This document shows positions 1 through 11,789 of a stretch of 64,000 nt of DNA, in pieces. Source of the stretch: Podarcis erhardii (taxonomy: Eukaryota); assembly GCA_964252035.1 (NCBI GenBank), contig OZ176217.1; one strand, 5' to 3'. Position 1 is the first letter of the stretch. Each line of letters opens with the position of its first letter. The position numbers and the translations under genes were made by a program. Below the pieces are notes generated by a model that had not been told where the DNA came from, made no database searches, and saw nothing but the letters and a program-made list of their open reading frames with translations.

Positions 1-1060
1 TAGACATTACTTGCCACATTAATCTGTCTTTATGGATCAAATGCTACAGCTATGAGGAGCAAGGCATACAAGAAGGGAAAATGTAACACAGAGATATGGT
101 TCACTGCCTTGTTTTATAAGCACAAGTTGGTAGAGGTTGGCGGGGAGCAGAGAAGGGAAGAGGAAGAACAAAAGGCAAATATGTACAGTACCGTATCTAC
201 ACACACAAAAAAATCATCCAGCGGGATATAAAATTCCTCCATAGTATGTGAGTAGGGTGAGGCCAGAATCAATATTGACATTAAAAAGGAACTGAATTAG
301 CAGTCCACAGAAATGTATTTTAATCAGTTTTGGTACTGACAAATAGCACAGAGAGTCTATGAAACACTTTGTTGGTACTATGTAAGTTCTCTCCTTCCTG
401 CCTTAAAATTGCAGCCCCTTTCCTAGAAGGTTATATATGGCACACACAGAAAGGTTAGACGATTTGCCCTTCTTAGTCCTCCTCCTGCCCACAATGAGTG
501 AAGGGCTGCATACAAATTTAATTAATAAGAATAAGTACAATAAACAAGCACAATTTGTGATTGCACAACATCATTACTGATCACAGAGCATGTATGTTAA
601 AGCATCAGCCTTGGGTTCCATTGTCCCGGCTCTGTGGAGGCTGAGCCAACACGAGCCTTAACGCTGGTCTTAAACCAGCAGAGTTCTTAAATCATTAAAT
701 ATACGTATACATTCACTGCAGCAATAATTACCAGGTGGAGTTTATCCTACTGAATTTACCTGATACTGTAAACACTATCCTGTCACTGTACTGCGTGGTG
801 TTATCTACTTGGAAATTCAAAGCAGACTTTCCCCATTCTGGCAGCTTATGACAGAGTCTGCTCTTCGCTGTGTCTGTATTACAGGTTATCCAAGTGAAGC
901 AAACTGAACATAAGTGGCATGTAAGGAAGAGTAGGGAACTTTTGGCCTCCAGAAGTTGCTGAACTAAAACTCCCATCAGCCCTAGCAAGCATGGCCATTG
1001 GCTAGGGGTGATTAGAGTTCACCAACATCTGGAGAAACCAAGGTTCCCCACACCTGATGT

Positions 1061-1304
1061 AGAAGAAGAAGAGTTTGGATTTGATATCCCGCTTTATCAC
1101 TACCTGAAGGAGTCTCAAAGCGGCAAACATTCTCCTTTCCCTTCCTCCCCCACAACAAACACTCTGTGAGGTGAGTGGGGCTGAGAGACTTCAGAGAAGT
1201 GTGACTAGCCCAAGGTCACCCAGCAGCTGCATGCGGAGGAGTGGGGAAGCGAACCCGGTTCACCAGATTACGAGTCTACCACTCTTAACCACTACACCAC
1301 ACTG
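1061..1304 (-). mobile_element. Squam3-type (MIR/Ther1-derived) SINE
   Basis: Reverse complement has a tRNA-like head CAGTGTGGTGTAGTGGTTAAGAG and a (TTC)n tail. Confidence 0.88.
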
Positions 1305-1704
1305 TAGGGTATAAGTTTTTACTCTAATATAGCCTTTGCCAACCTGGTGTCAAACTTCATTTGTTTTGGACTGCAACTCCCATCAGCCTGAGTTTGCATG
1401 GTTGTGCTGACATGGTCAAAGGAAATTTTCGTCCAAAACCTCTAAAGGACACCAGGTTGGTGAAGATGGCTCTAATACAACCAGGGGGATATGTGAGAAA
1501 ACTTTGTTTGTGGAGCACCTTTGCAGAAGCATTATGCCAGATTCCACTATGTCAAAAATGTAGTGCCTATTTTTATTTTTACATTTCCAAAGGGAGAGTT
1601 AAGTGGTATTGCAAAGCTGAAAGCCACTATTTTTTCCCAATTAAAAATTATTATGCATACATACATACATAAATTAATTTGTATGCTGCCTATCCATAGT
1701 TAAA

Positions 1705-2055
1705 GGGACGCGGGTGGCGCTGTGGGTTAAACCACAGAGCCTAGGACTTGCCGATCAGAAGGTCGGCAGTTTGAATCCCCGTGACGGGATGAGCTCCCGT
1801 CGCTCGGTCCCTGCTCCTGCCAACCTAGCAGTTCGAAAGCACATCAAAGTGCAAGTACATAAATAGGTACTGCTCCGGTGGGAAGGTAAATGGCGTTTCT
1901 GTGCACTGCTCTGGTTCACCAGAAGCGGCTTAGTCATGCTGGCCACATGACCCGGAAGCTGTACGTCAGCTCCCTCAGCCAATAAAGCGAGATGAGCACT
2001 GCAACCCCAGAGTCAGCCATGACTGGACCTAATGGTCAGGGGTCCCTTTACCTTA
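1705..2055 (+). mobile_element. Sauria/Squam1-type tRNA-derived SINE
   Basis: GGGACGCGGGTGGCGCTGTGGG head, (CCTTTA)n tail, TSD ATCCATAGTT. Confidence 0.92.
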
Positions 2056-2851
2056 CATCCATAGTTGAAACCATGCTCAAGGCAGCTTACAACATTACAA
2101 AAATAATTACAAACAAAGCAAAAATAGTCATTTACAATAAATAAAACATCAAAATGTACACAACCAAATTAAGCCATTTCCACATAAATCATAAGATCTA
2201 AAATAAAGATACAAAAAATTATCAAAAACAGCAACAATTCCCCCCTCAACAAAAACCCCTAAACAATGTCCCAACTGAAGAGTCTGTTCAGCAGCCTCAT
2301 GCAGCATTTTGTAGCTGGAGTCAGTCTGAGCCCTGCCTTTCCAGGCCAGGTGGGAAAAGACCTGCAAGTCAGGAAGCAGGTCTTTCAGGACTCACAACCA
2401 AAATGACAAAAGTTATTTTCTCTATTTTCATAAATTTCCCCAAGAGAATGTGCATTGCCATTTAAACAAAACAGCTGAATGAAACAGGCACAGTAAATTG
2501 TGTGACTGAAGTGGGGAGGCCAGGCATAAAATATACAATCTATAATTGGTTGATCTTATCACATGTCCAGGTCGCTTTCCAAATTCTCACGATCAAAGTA
2601 GGGGAAGCAAAGTAAGATGGCTGACTTGAGCTCGTTGCCTAAATGGAAAGAAACAACATATACTCCTCAAAGCAATCCTACGCTCACTGAGCTCAACTTA
2701 CTTAGGAGCTGTGCGTAAGATTGCACTGTCAATTTCAGCAATTTCACACAATTAAAATTACAGCACTGTAAGCATGTGAAAAAGAAAACAATAAGCAAGA
2801 GGTTATCAGTCGGTGTTACTAAAATGTTACTTCCCTCAAGGCTTTGAACAC

Positions 2852-3138
2852 AGCCAGTGTGGTGTAGTGGTTAAGAGCAGTAGTCTTGTAATCTGGTGAA
2901 CCGGGTTCGATTCCCCACTCCTCCACATGCAGCTGCTGGGTGACCTTCGGCCAGTCACACTTCTCTGAAGCCTCTCAGCCCCACTCACCTCACAGAGTGT
3001 TTGTTGTGGGGGTGGAAGGGAAAGGAGAATGTTAGCCGCTTTGAGACTCCTTAGGGTAGTGATAAAGCGGGATATCAAATCCAAACTCCTCCTCCTCCTC
3101 TTCTTCTTCTTCTTCTTCTTCTTCTTCTTCTTCTTCTT
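2852..3138 (+). mobile_element. Squam3-type SINE with expanded (CTC)n(TTC)n tail
   Basis: GCCAGTGTGGTGTAGTGGTTAAGAGC..GGTTCGATTCC (A/B boxes); microsatellite tail 3086-3138. Confidence 0.9.
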
Positions 3139-4560
3139 GATGCTTTGATATTTTTTCTCTTCCATTGCTGCCTCTAAGCTCCTGTTAACATTGATTCATT
3201 CGCATGAATATTTCATAAGAAGCAATAAAGCTTTTCCAAGCCTCACCAGAAATGGATATTTGCTTTTTTTTTATTTCTTAAAGAACATCCATTATTTCTG
3301 AACTTGTGTGATCTATTGAACAGCTTTTAAATTACATCTCTCACTCTCTCGCTTCATGTTTGTTCGATCTCCCGCGCCCTTCGTTCTTTGGGAAAGTTTA
3401 GAAGCCTTTAGTAATGGTTCGAGCAGAACAGGTTTGCTCACAAAACTTAATTCTATTCCTGTTTAAACTCTGAGTAACTCCTATGATAGAGGTGGTGATA
3501 ATCTGTCTAACTCTATTGTTTTGCTCATTGCCCGAGTTAAAAATGCCCCAGATGTTCAAACAAATATACATGCCAAGCTTCATAGCTCGGGGGGGGGGGG
3601 AGATCTTATCACATATGCCACAAATGTTTAAGTAGTAAGTCAACATAAATACATTCCTTGTTTTCTCAAACTTGTTTTTCACAGCTTCTGGCCCCTTCTG
3701 TAGCAGAGTGCAAACAGAAAGCCTATTTGCTTGCTGTAGCTTATCATAATATACTCATTCATGGGAGAAACCATTTATAACAACTGTTGAAAGTACATGA
3801 AATAGCCTTTTATTATTGAATGCATCCATGGGGATACATGCCTCTCGCTACCAAAAATATCCATTGGGCAGAGCTATGTGTTGACGGCAGCGGTATAGGT
3901 GCCTTCGACTTACCAATGAACTCTTGGTAAGGAATCTTCTATCGACTTGAATGGGGAGGGAGGGGAGTAACCAAGGAAGGCAACCACAATTTCCTGCTCC
4001 TGCTTTTTTGGTAGGATGAAGGGGGGGGGATGGCAAAAAAATGGAAAAGTGCATGTCTCGAGGATCAGAGAAAGAGGAAAAATAACTGCTTCATATATGG
4101 CAGTTAACCTTTATCGCACCTTTTTAACCATGCTAACATGATAGTTAAAAACATGGCATTCACTTTATACAGAAATCCTATCATTGCCCCTATATTTGAG
4201 ATAGCATCTATATGTAAACATTGTGAATTATCTCTAGTTTATGACAGGCAGGGAAATTATCTTGTGGAATTAGATAACAATTCCCCAGCCTGTCACCTCC
4301 ATTCCACAGTGTAATTAAACAGCCTGTGGCCACACCCCTCCAGCAGCAGATTGGTTGGGGATGTCCCCAGTACTGATGATGCAGCCGGCAGTGACGCAAG
4401 AAGGAAAGCAAGTGCCTTGCTTTACACTGGAAGGCGGTTGAGGCTCAGCTGATTGGCTGCAACTCTGTACACCAGGTAAAAGGTGAATGGTCTTCTTTCA
4501 ATGGCAAACTCAGGCACTGAGTGCTGAGGGAATAGCCCCAATCAAGCCAATAGAAATCAA

Positions 4561-4623
4561 GAGGGATATATTGGGATATATTGTCATGACCAGGGATATA
4601 TTGGGATATATTGTCATGACCAG
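4561..4623. repeat. Tandem duplication, 2 x 30 bp
   Basis: AGGGATATATTGGGATATATTGTCATGACC twice, itself containing a GGGATATATT repeat. Confidence 0.95.
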
Positions 4624-6286
4624 TAAATTTGAAGTTTGCAGAAGTGCCAAACAGAAAAAAAAAATTGAAGGTGGCAAGTCTCCCAGAAAACGAGAAAGAA
4701 AACGCAGATCAATGAAAGGTGTAGCCACCGAATGTAGAGTGACAGCTGAAAAAGAAAAGCATAACTTAGATACGACAGGGAAGATGACCCTGTCTGGAGT
4801 GAACAGTTGGATGGAATCCTGCAAAACAGCACTCCTTTTAGGAAGAAGGATACACTGCAATATTTTGGTCCAGGTTCCACTGTTGCCTTAAGGCCCATTT
4901 GTTTGTAGCTATTTTGCTTTTAAGCAGCTGCTTATAATATTAGAAACCCCTTTACTATTAATGCTTCAGCACTCTTTTCAAGCAAATAGCTGGGTGCAGC
5001 TTCCATCAGTAAGTGTTCTTTCCACTGTGCGCTCTCCCCCCCCCCTCTCTCTCTCACACACACACACTTACTTTCTGCAGCGACCTTAGATTTATCCACA
5101 ACCATGGTAAAAACCCATCCACTTTGCATCCTAACTTCTTATTTGACCATCCAAGTATGGGGTGGGGGCTAAAAATAAGACAATGGCAGCACCACAGCTG
5201 TAACATGCATGCTTTATCAGGTCATAAGCCATTGTTTGAAGAAGACCAATGGTAAATAAAGAGATTTCGTAGATCACAGTGTTGGGTCATTGTTAAACAT
5301 TGAACTGTTTCCTGGGTAGCTTTAAGCAGGTTCTGGACAGTGTCAAGAGGCCCTGTTTATTTTTTAAAACATTTGTTTTCGTGAACGTATGAAAAAGGTG
5401 AAGATGTTAGTGTTTCTCCCTTTTCATCCAAAATGGAAATGTATAGTACTTAGGGCCTTGAGTCAGTGTTGCTGATTTATACCAGGTATCTTTAAGACCA
5501 AAGATTGACTGAGGTTGGTGTAGTTAAGGCCCACCGATTATCTAACTGGGGATTTGGCTCAATAAAACACATTGCACTCAGTTTTTTCCTATCCAAGTGT
5601 GATTAAGGAATGAGTCAACCATGCCAGGACTTGGATTGTGGTTCTATGGAATCTCAGTATTTTGACTGTGATGGGAGACCACTAAGCTGGTCTTTCTTCC
5701 TAATGGCTTCTTAAATTTCATTTTATTAAAAATGTGGCTTATGCACTCTAGTAAACAATTCTGTGCTAGAAGGAAGAATTCTAGCACAGCCCATGTTGCT
5801 GTAGTTATCACTGATGACACTTTATAGCGAGTAGAGAGGGCAAGACTGCGGTACAAACTGTAGCTCTTAAGCCCCAGAGAAAACACATAATCAGTAAATG
5901 TTCCCCTTCAAGCAACTTTATACTAGCATATAAGTCTCCAAAAATAGGGAGATGTATAAGACAGATGTTGATAGTAGGCTTCTGGGACCAACAATTCTGA
6001 ACATAGGCTTCATTTTGCTAACATGTCAGCTTCGTTAAGAAGAGGGGAAATACTGATGCAATTTATATAGGGATAATAACTAGGATAGATGGGTACTGGG
6101 AATGAAGATTGGGAAATATTGCACAATGCAAATTCTTGTTATTGAAAACAGTGTTTCATTTGCAGCCTAATAATTTGCGACACATAATAGGTACATGGTC
6201 TTACGCCTTCTGAGATATTGTTCTATTATTGTCAACTGTATTAATCGCAAGTGCTATGTTTTAATATTTAGGGCAGATGCAGCAGT

Positions 6287-6912
6287 TCATAGAATCATCA
6301 AATTGTAGAGATGGAAGGGACCCCAAGGGTCACCGAGTCCAACCCCCTGCAATGCAGGAAACTCAGCTGAAGCATCCATGACAGATAGCCACCCAACCTC
6401 CAAGAAGTAATAAATAATAAATAATTTTTTTATTTATACCCTGCCCTTCCCAGTTCAGAAAACCGGGCTTAGGGCGGCTAACAACAGATTTAAAACACTT
6501 AAATGATGCAACAAAAAACAGCATAAAATACAGTATAAAATGTGAATAACAATAAATTCAGAATTCAAAAATCAATTTAGGGGGGAAATCCATCCAATAA
6601 ACATTAGATGATCACCAGGGCTAGCTGGCTAAATTAGTCCTATTTGGGCCAGCGAGGAGACCAGGGGAGAATTAGCTGTGGGATCCCAGAGCGGGTAATC
6701 TTCATAAAAAGGGGAGGGGAATGGAAGGAAAGGAAGGGGAATAAAAGATCAGCTAAGTTCAAATTGAAAGCCAGGTGGAACAGCTCTGTCTTACAGGCCC
6801 TGTGGAAGGAAGTTAAATCCTGGAAGGAGAGTCCACAACCTCCTGAGGGAGACCATTCCACTGTCAGGAAGTTTTTCCTGATGTTTAGTCGGAATCTCTT
6901 TTCTTGTAACTT
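6287..6912 (-). mobile_element. CR1 3' end (6287-6407 and 6822-6912), interrupted by an L2
   Basis: CATAGAATC octamer-tail complement; QEKRFRLNIRKNFLTV motif. Further short CR1 ends at 46765-46840 and 59308-59360. Confidence 0.75.
6408..6821 (-). mobile_element. L2 3' end inserted into a CR1 fragment
   Basis: SFHRACKTELFHLAF motif on the minus strand; same subfamily as 44491-44990. Confidence 0.75.
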
Positions 6913-8210
6913 TTGTGAAGTACAAAATATGAAGAAGTACAAAATCATAGCCTCAGTAGAACCAATTTTTGTTAATGGTGACAGGCTAGGAATTAACAAT
7001 AATAGTAAATCTAAAGATGCTACAACATTCAGATATATTGCTGCCTTTACTAGACCCCCAAAGAAAGACATTCAAAAGGGTCTCTTGACCAAGAAACAGC
7101 CTCATAAGGAGATAAATTATCCATCCACCAACTATTTGATAAACTGTACAGTAGAAAAACACATGAAATGCTGTTTCCAGCTCTAAATGCTTACCAGGAC
7201 AGCACCTGTCCTTCAAGGGAACTCTGGCAAATCTGCTGTCAAGGAACCTAGAGGGTAAAACATGAAAGCGTGCCAAGAAAACTGCTCTCTTGTACTTCAG
7301 TATTGCTAATGAACATAGATATGACATTCATTTGTTGGAGGCAGATCAAATCATGTAGGGTGCATGACTCTAACTTGGGTGAGCCTTTAAGCAAGCAACC
7401 TCCCTGACATGAAATCTAAGGTGAGGCAGTAATGCGAGAGCTTAGAATAACTACTAGAAGCTCAGAATGTCCAGCGTGTTGTTTTTGAAATGTTACTTCT
7501 TCATATTCCGGGCCAACTAGACAGGCAGTGTTACTACGAGGTAGTGGGAGGAAGAGGCAGAGATGGAGAATACAGGTATTCTCAGGGTCCATTTCCCACT
7601 GGAGAGTATGTGTACCCTATTCCCACAGTTTTGTTTCCTCACTGGGTAGGATAGGAACCAGCACGATGCCTGTGGCCACAAGTATGCCAACCAATATTTG
7701 CTATGGCACCTGCAAAGGGTCTCAGTAAATACAGTATTCTCAAAAATCCATTTCATTCGATGCCAGGTCTGGACACTCATTCCACCTTCCCTTGTGGACT
7801 CACATACAGAAAGCTTCCCTCTCTGAGCAGGCATAGCTGTGGCCGATGTAAGAGCCTTTTCCCCACTAATGGGAGGCTGGTGAGCATGCCCACATTACTT
7901 TGTCCCCTTAGCCTTTTTTTCTGCTCTTTTAAAAATGGCGGCCATTTTGTGTTCTGACATGTCCCACAGAAGCCATTTGTGACTGGCAGCCGTGGCACTT
8001 GGTGAAAATTCCATGTGCAGCTGTTGGCCCCAAAAGTTTAGGAACATGTAGAATGCTGTGTACACAGTGCCCACTGAGATACAATCATGGGGGCACTGAA
8101 GCTACAACTGCTGCCTCAGTCTCCTTCCTCCCTCAAGGAAAATTGCCAGGGAGCCTTGGAAGCAGAGAAATGGCAGCAACTAACAGGATTGCAGTGAACA
8201 TAGCTCTATA

Positions 8211-9557
8211 CAATGGTACTTCAGGTTACAGACGCTTCAGGTTACAGATTCCACTAACCCAGAAATAGTACCTCGGGTTAAGAACTTTGCTTCAGGATGA
8301 GAACAGAAATCGTGCAGCAGTGGTGCAGCGGTGGTGGGAGGCCTCATTAGCTAAAGTGGTACCTAAGTGAGGCATCTGATCAAGGCCTGTATTTTAAAAT
8401 GAGCTTAAAGATATATTTGCAAATGTTTGTATGTTTCATGCCAGGCAGAAACCAGCTGGCTAAGTACTTTGGCGGTTGTTTATCTTCCTGCTCTCCTGAA
8501 CAAGGGCCCCCCTGATTGATAGCAGTAGCAGGAGACAAGTTTCTCAGAGTTGTAAAAGGGAATTACAGGCTGGGAGCAAAGGTTACACTGACCCTACATA
8601 TTCACAATCAAGCTGCAAAAACACTAATTAAGAGTTGGTAAATAGTAAGATTTATTGTTTAACAGAAAATAATACCATGTGCCTCTCATTAGACTCTAGC
8701 CATATTTTCCTAAGGTTTAAGGTATACTGAGAGAGTTAAAGGGCAATAAATTTTGGGAAGAGCTAATGGGGAAAGCAGCTGGCTGGGAAAAGGGGGGTGT
8801 AAACTGAAGAGGCTTCTTTTGAAGCTGTTTTTTAATGAGTTCCTTTTTACTTTGCAAAGGCTTTTTCTTCTAAAAAGCTATCTATGTTATTTGTTGGCTT
8901 AATGTAATTAGGCAAAGGATTTGTTGGCTTAATGTAATTAGGCAATGGATTTAGAAAGTAAGAAATGTTAGATTCTTATTTCATTGATGGTGTGTGAGAA
9001 TGTGAACCCAAGATCTCTGTTTAGATAGGATTTAATACCACGAGCCATTTGTTTTAGCCATTTGTTTTGGAATGCAGGGGCAACAGGGGCAAAAGGTGAT
9101 CTGGTAATTAAGGTGCCTTGTCGAGGCAAATGTAAGATATATGGCTACTTGTCTGCCATTTATGGATAGAAGGAAATATAGCTCTTTGTCTCCCATAAAA
9201 TGTAATAGGAAATGGGTGTATCTTTTATGATTGGTTCTAGCAAACAGCCAATAGGAATTTCAACCAGGCTGATTGGACAGAGGCAGCCAAAGGAGGAGCA
9301 AGGGGGCTGGGCTGAGGAAATATAAGTTCTGGCCATCAGGGCTGGAAGGGGCAGAGCTTTGGTAACCATATACCACTGTGCCTATCATTTATTTGTCTGA
9401 CAAATAAATTTTTATTTTAATTTCTCTATTGCTGCATTGAATATTTCATTCCAGCTAAGCGTTAACCACAAGCAGGGTGCTACATAAGGTTAAGAACAGT
9501 TTCAGGTTAAGAAAGGACCTCCAGAATGAATTAAGTTCTTAACCCGAGGTACCACTG
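8211..9557. mobile_element. Tc1/mariner-pogo (Tigger-like) MITE, split by the solo LTR (parts 8211-8367 and 9485-9557)
   Basis: TA-CA(A/G)TGGTAC...GGTACCACTG-TA termini; internal sequence matches the intact copies at 10039, 24077 and 26715. Confidence 0.85.
8368..9484 (+). mobile_element. Solo LTR (ERV1-like or Ty3/Gypsy), 1,117 bp
   Basis: Starts TGAGGCA, ends TGCTACA. 4-bp TSD TAAG (8364-8367, 9485-9488) splits a MITE cleanly. CCAAT 9248, TATAA 9321, AATAAA 9403, 30-bp tandem duplication 8889-8948; no ORF. Confidence 0.85.
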
Positions 9558-9561
9558 TATA

Positions 9562-10036
9562 CTGTATTGGCCTGAATATCAGCCACACGTCGTTGTTTTT
9601 TCCAAATTCTGATTGTGAAAAGTGAAAGTGCGGCTTATATTCATGACCTTACGGTATCGCTGCTGAAATAGCTGCCCACGAGGGCTGCTGGAGGTGTGGG
9701 ACAATGGAGCCTGTGCTGACCGCAGCTCCCAAGCCTCCCCCGAGCCACTGGAAAGAAGGGGGGAGGGGAGAGGCTGTTGGAAAAGTGGCGTGGTTTCCTG
9801 CCTCCAGGAAGCAGGCTGGGAGCGCAGGGCAATGGCACGCAGCCCACCCGCCACTCCCAAGTCTCCCCTGAGCCATTGTAAGGAAGGGGGGAGTCCACAG
9901 GCAAAGTGGTACAGCTCCCCCTCCCCAGAGGCAAAGCAGCACGGCTCCCCCCCCCAGGAAGCAGCCCAGGTATTGTCTTTTTTTTCTTTTGCCCCCTTTA
10001 ATTTCAAAGGTGCGGCTTATATTCGGGTCAATACAG
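9562..10036. mobile_element. TA-flanked mariner/Tigger-type non-autonomous element, second family
   Basis: TIRs CTGTATTGGCCTGAATAT / ATATTCGGGTCAATACAG, TA at both ends; related copy at 14122-14294. Confidence 0.75.
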
Positions 10037-10038
10037 TA

Positions 10039-10264
10039 CAGTGGTACCTCGGGTTACATACGCTTCAGGTTACAGACTCTGCTAAGCCAGAAATAGTGCT
10101 TCAGGTTAAGAACTTTGCTTCAGGATAAGAACAGAAATTGGGCTCCGGTGGCGCGGCGGCAGCAGGAGGCCCCATCTGCTAAAGTGGTGCTTCAGGTTAA
10201 GAACAGTTTCAGGTTAAGAACGAACCTCCGGAACGAATTAAGTACGTAACCTGAGGTACCACTG
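10039..10264. mobile_element. Tigger-like MITE (CAGTGGTACCTC TIR family)
   Basis: TA-CAGTGGTACCTCGGGTTAC...GTAACCTGAGGTACCACTG-TA. Confidence 0.88.
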
Positions 10265-11244
10265 TACTCTGTTCAGAGCAGGCTGTGACTAGGGCCCACA
10301 GCCTAGCCATGGGTGCACATTTGCCTTTTGGAGCACCTCTTTTTGAATGCCTACAACAATCTTATTTCTAAGAGTAGCCAGCCATATGTATCTAGGAAGC
10401 CCACAGTGAGGCATTAGACAAACATTTATTTCCTTCAGGACAGTAGCTGCAGGCACTTCATGTCTCGTCGAGCGGCTTCCACAATGCTCATGATCCCCCC
10501 CCCCCCCGATGCTTTGCACAACTTTGCTTGAAATGTGTACAAAGCCACACACCCCTTTGGGGCCAGGTAGGAACTGGACACTTGACTAGATGTGGGTCCA
10601 GGATCTGACCCAGCAGGGCTCATCTTCTGCTTTCATTCCAGACTAAAATGCCCAGTGTAAAACTTCCCCTGAAAAAAATCAAAAAAACAAGAAGCATATG
10701 GTAGCTTTTTAACGTAGCCAGAGACGGTCTTTGCTGTCATCACATCAATCTTTTCCATCATCGGTAAACACCAAGTCCCCCCCAAACACACATAAAATTC
10801 ATCTCATGTTGCAGATAGGCTTCCTGTGCACATATCCTTTTCCAAACCAAACATGCAATTATGGTTGCAGAACTTTAAATATTGCTGCTTTCATCTCCTC
10901 GCGCAAGCGATTGAGGGAGAGTGTTCTGACAGAAGCATGCAAGGGCTGGATGCTATTCAAAGAGGCCCTCTTATTGATTTTATCTCATCTCCATTAAGAT
11001 AGAATAAGGGGGAGCCGGGAAACCTGAGGTAACCACTGGGTTTTTTAGCAGCTCCCTTGCTTAGCCTCACGTCCAACAAGCAGCTGTGGCAAAGCAATCT
11101 TCCGTTAACAAGTTATGGCTTAAAATTGACATACGTTCAGGCAATTTCTTGAGACTCCAGATGAAGGAGCTCTGAAAACCATCATAAGAAACTGATTGAG
11201 CCTTTGTCCTAAAGCAGGGTTGGAGAACCACTTGCCTTCTAGAT

Positions 11245-11367
11245 CAGGGTTTCCCTAGCTGTTTTTGGACTGCAACTCCCATTATCCCTAGCTAGCAGGA
11301 CCAGTGATCAGGGATGATGGGAACTGTAGTCCAAAAAGAGCTTGAGACCCAAGTTTGGGAAACCCTG
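11245..11367. mobile_element. Palindromic hAT MITE nested in an older related MITE (~11215-11430)
   Basis: CAGGGTTTCCC / GGGAAACCCTG termini; 8-bp TSD TTCTAGAT/CTCTAGAT. Confidence 0.75.
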
Positions 11368-11442
11368 CTCTAGATGGTACTGAACTACAACTTCCATTAT
11401 TTCCAGCAAGTATGGCCAATACTCACCATGAAGTTGTTACAG

Positions 11443-11579
11443 CAGGCATAGGCAAGCTTGGCCTTCCAGATGTTTTTGAGACTACAATTCCCATCATCCC
11501 TGACCACTGGTCCTGCTAGCTAGGGATGATGGGAGTTGTAGTCCCAAAACATCTGGAGGGCCGAGTTTGCCTATGCCAG
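11443..11579. mobile_element. Palindromic hAT MITE
   Basis: TIR CAGGCATAGGCAA / TTTGCCTATGCCAG; 8-bp TSD TGTTACAG; inverted ACTACAA(C/T)TCCCATCATCCCT core. Relatives at ~930-1050, 1330-1470, 22108-22232, 42315-42450, 44175-44285 and 49940-50060. Confidence 0.85.
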
Positions 11580-11789
11580 TGTTACAGTAAGTGCCCACAC
11601 TCTGTATCAACAAAAAAGAGGTGCCAATACTGCATACTCTTGAGTAGCCCCTGAAAAAGAAAAGGTTGTAGTTCAGCAAAATCTGGAGAGCCAAAAATTC
11701 CTCCCACCAGCCATAAAGGAAAGCTTTATTTAGGGTCCCCTGCAGCATCTCTATTCAACAACTTTCTTAGGACCACAATACCTCAAGGA

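Noticed and set aside
1705-1790. tRNA-like A/B boxes at SINE heads (also 2852, 25780, 33910, 62148 etc.)
   Set aside because: They continue into SINE bodies with tails and TSDs; not tRNA genes. No rRNA, snRNA or CRISPR array was seen.
2836-3165. 109-aa ORF with poly-K/R tract (and the poly-L ORF at 62601-62894)
   Set aside because: Translation of (TTC)n/(GAA)n microsatellites and SINE sequence.
6644-7186. 180-aa plus-strand ORF
   Set aside because: Runs across antisense L2 and CR1 fragments into unique DNA; chance open frame.
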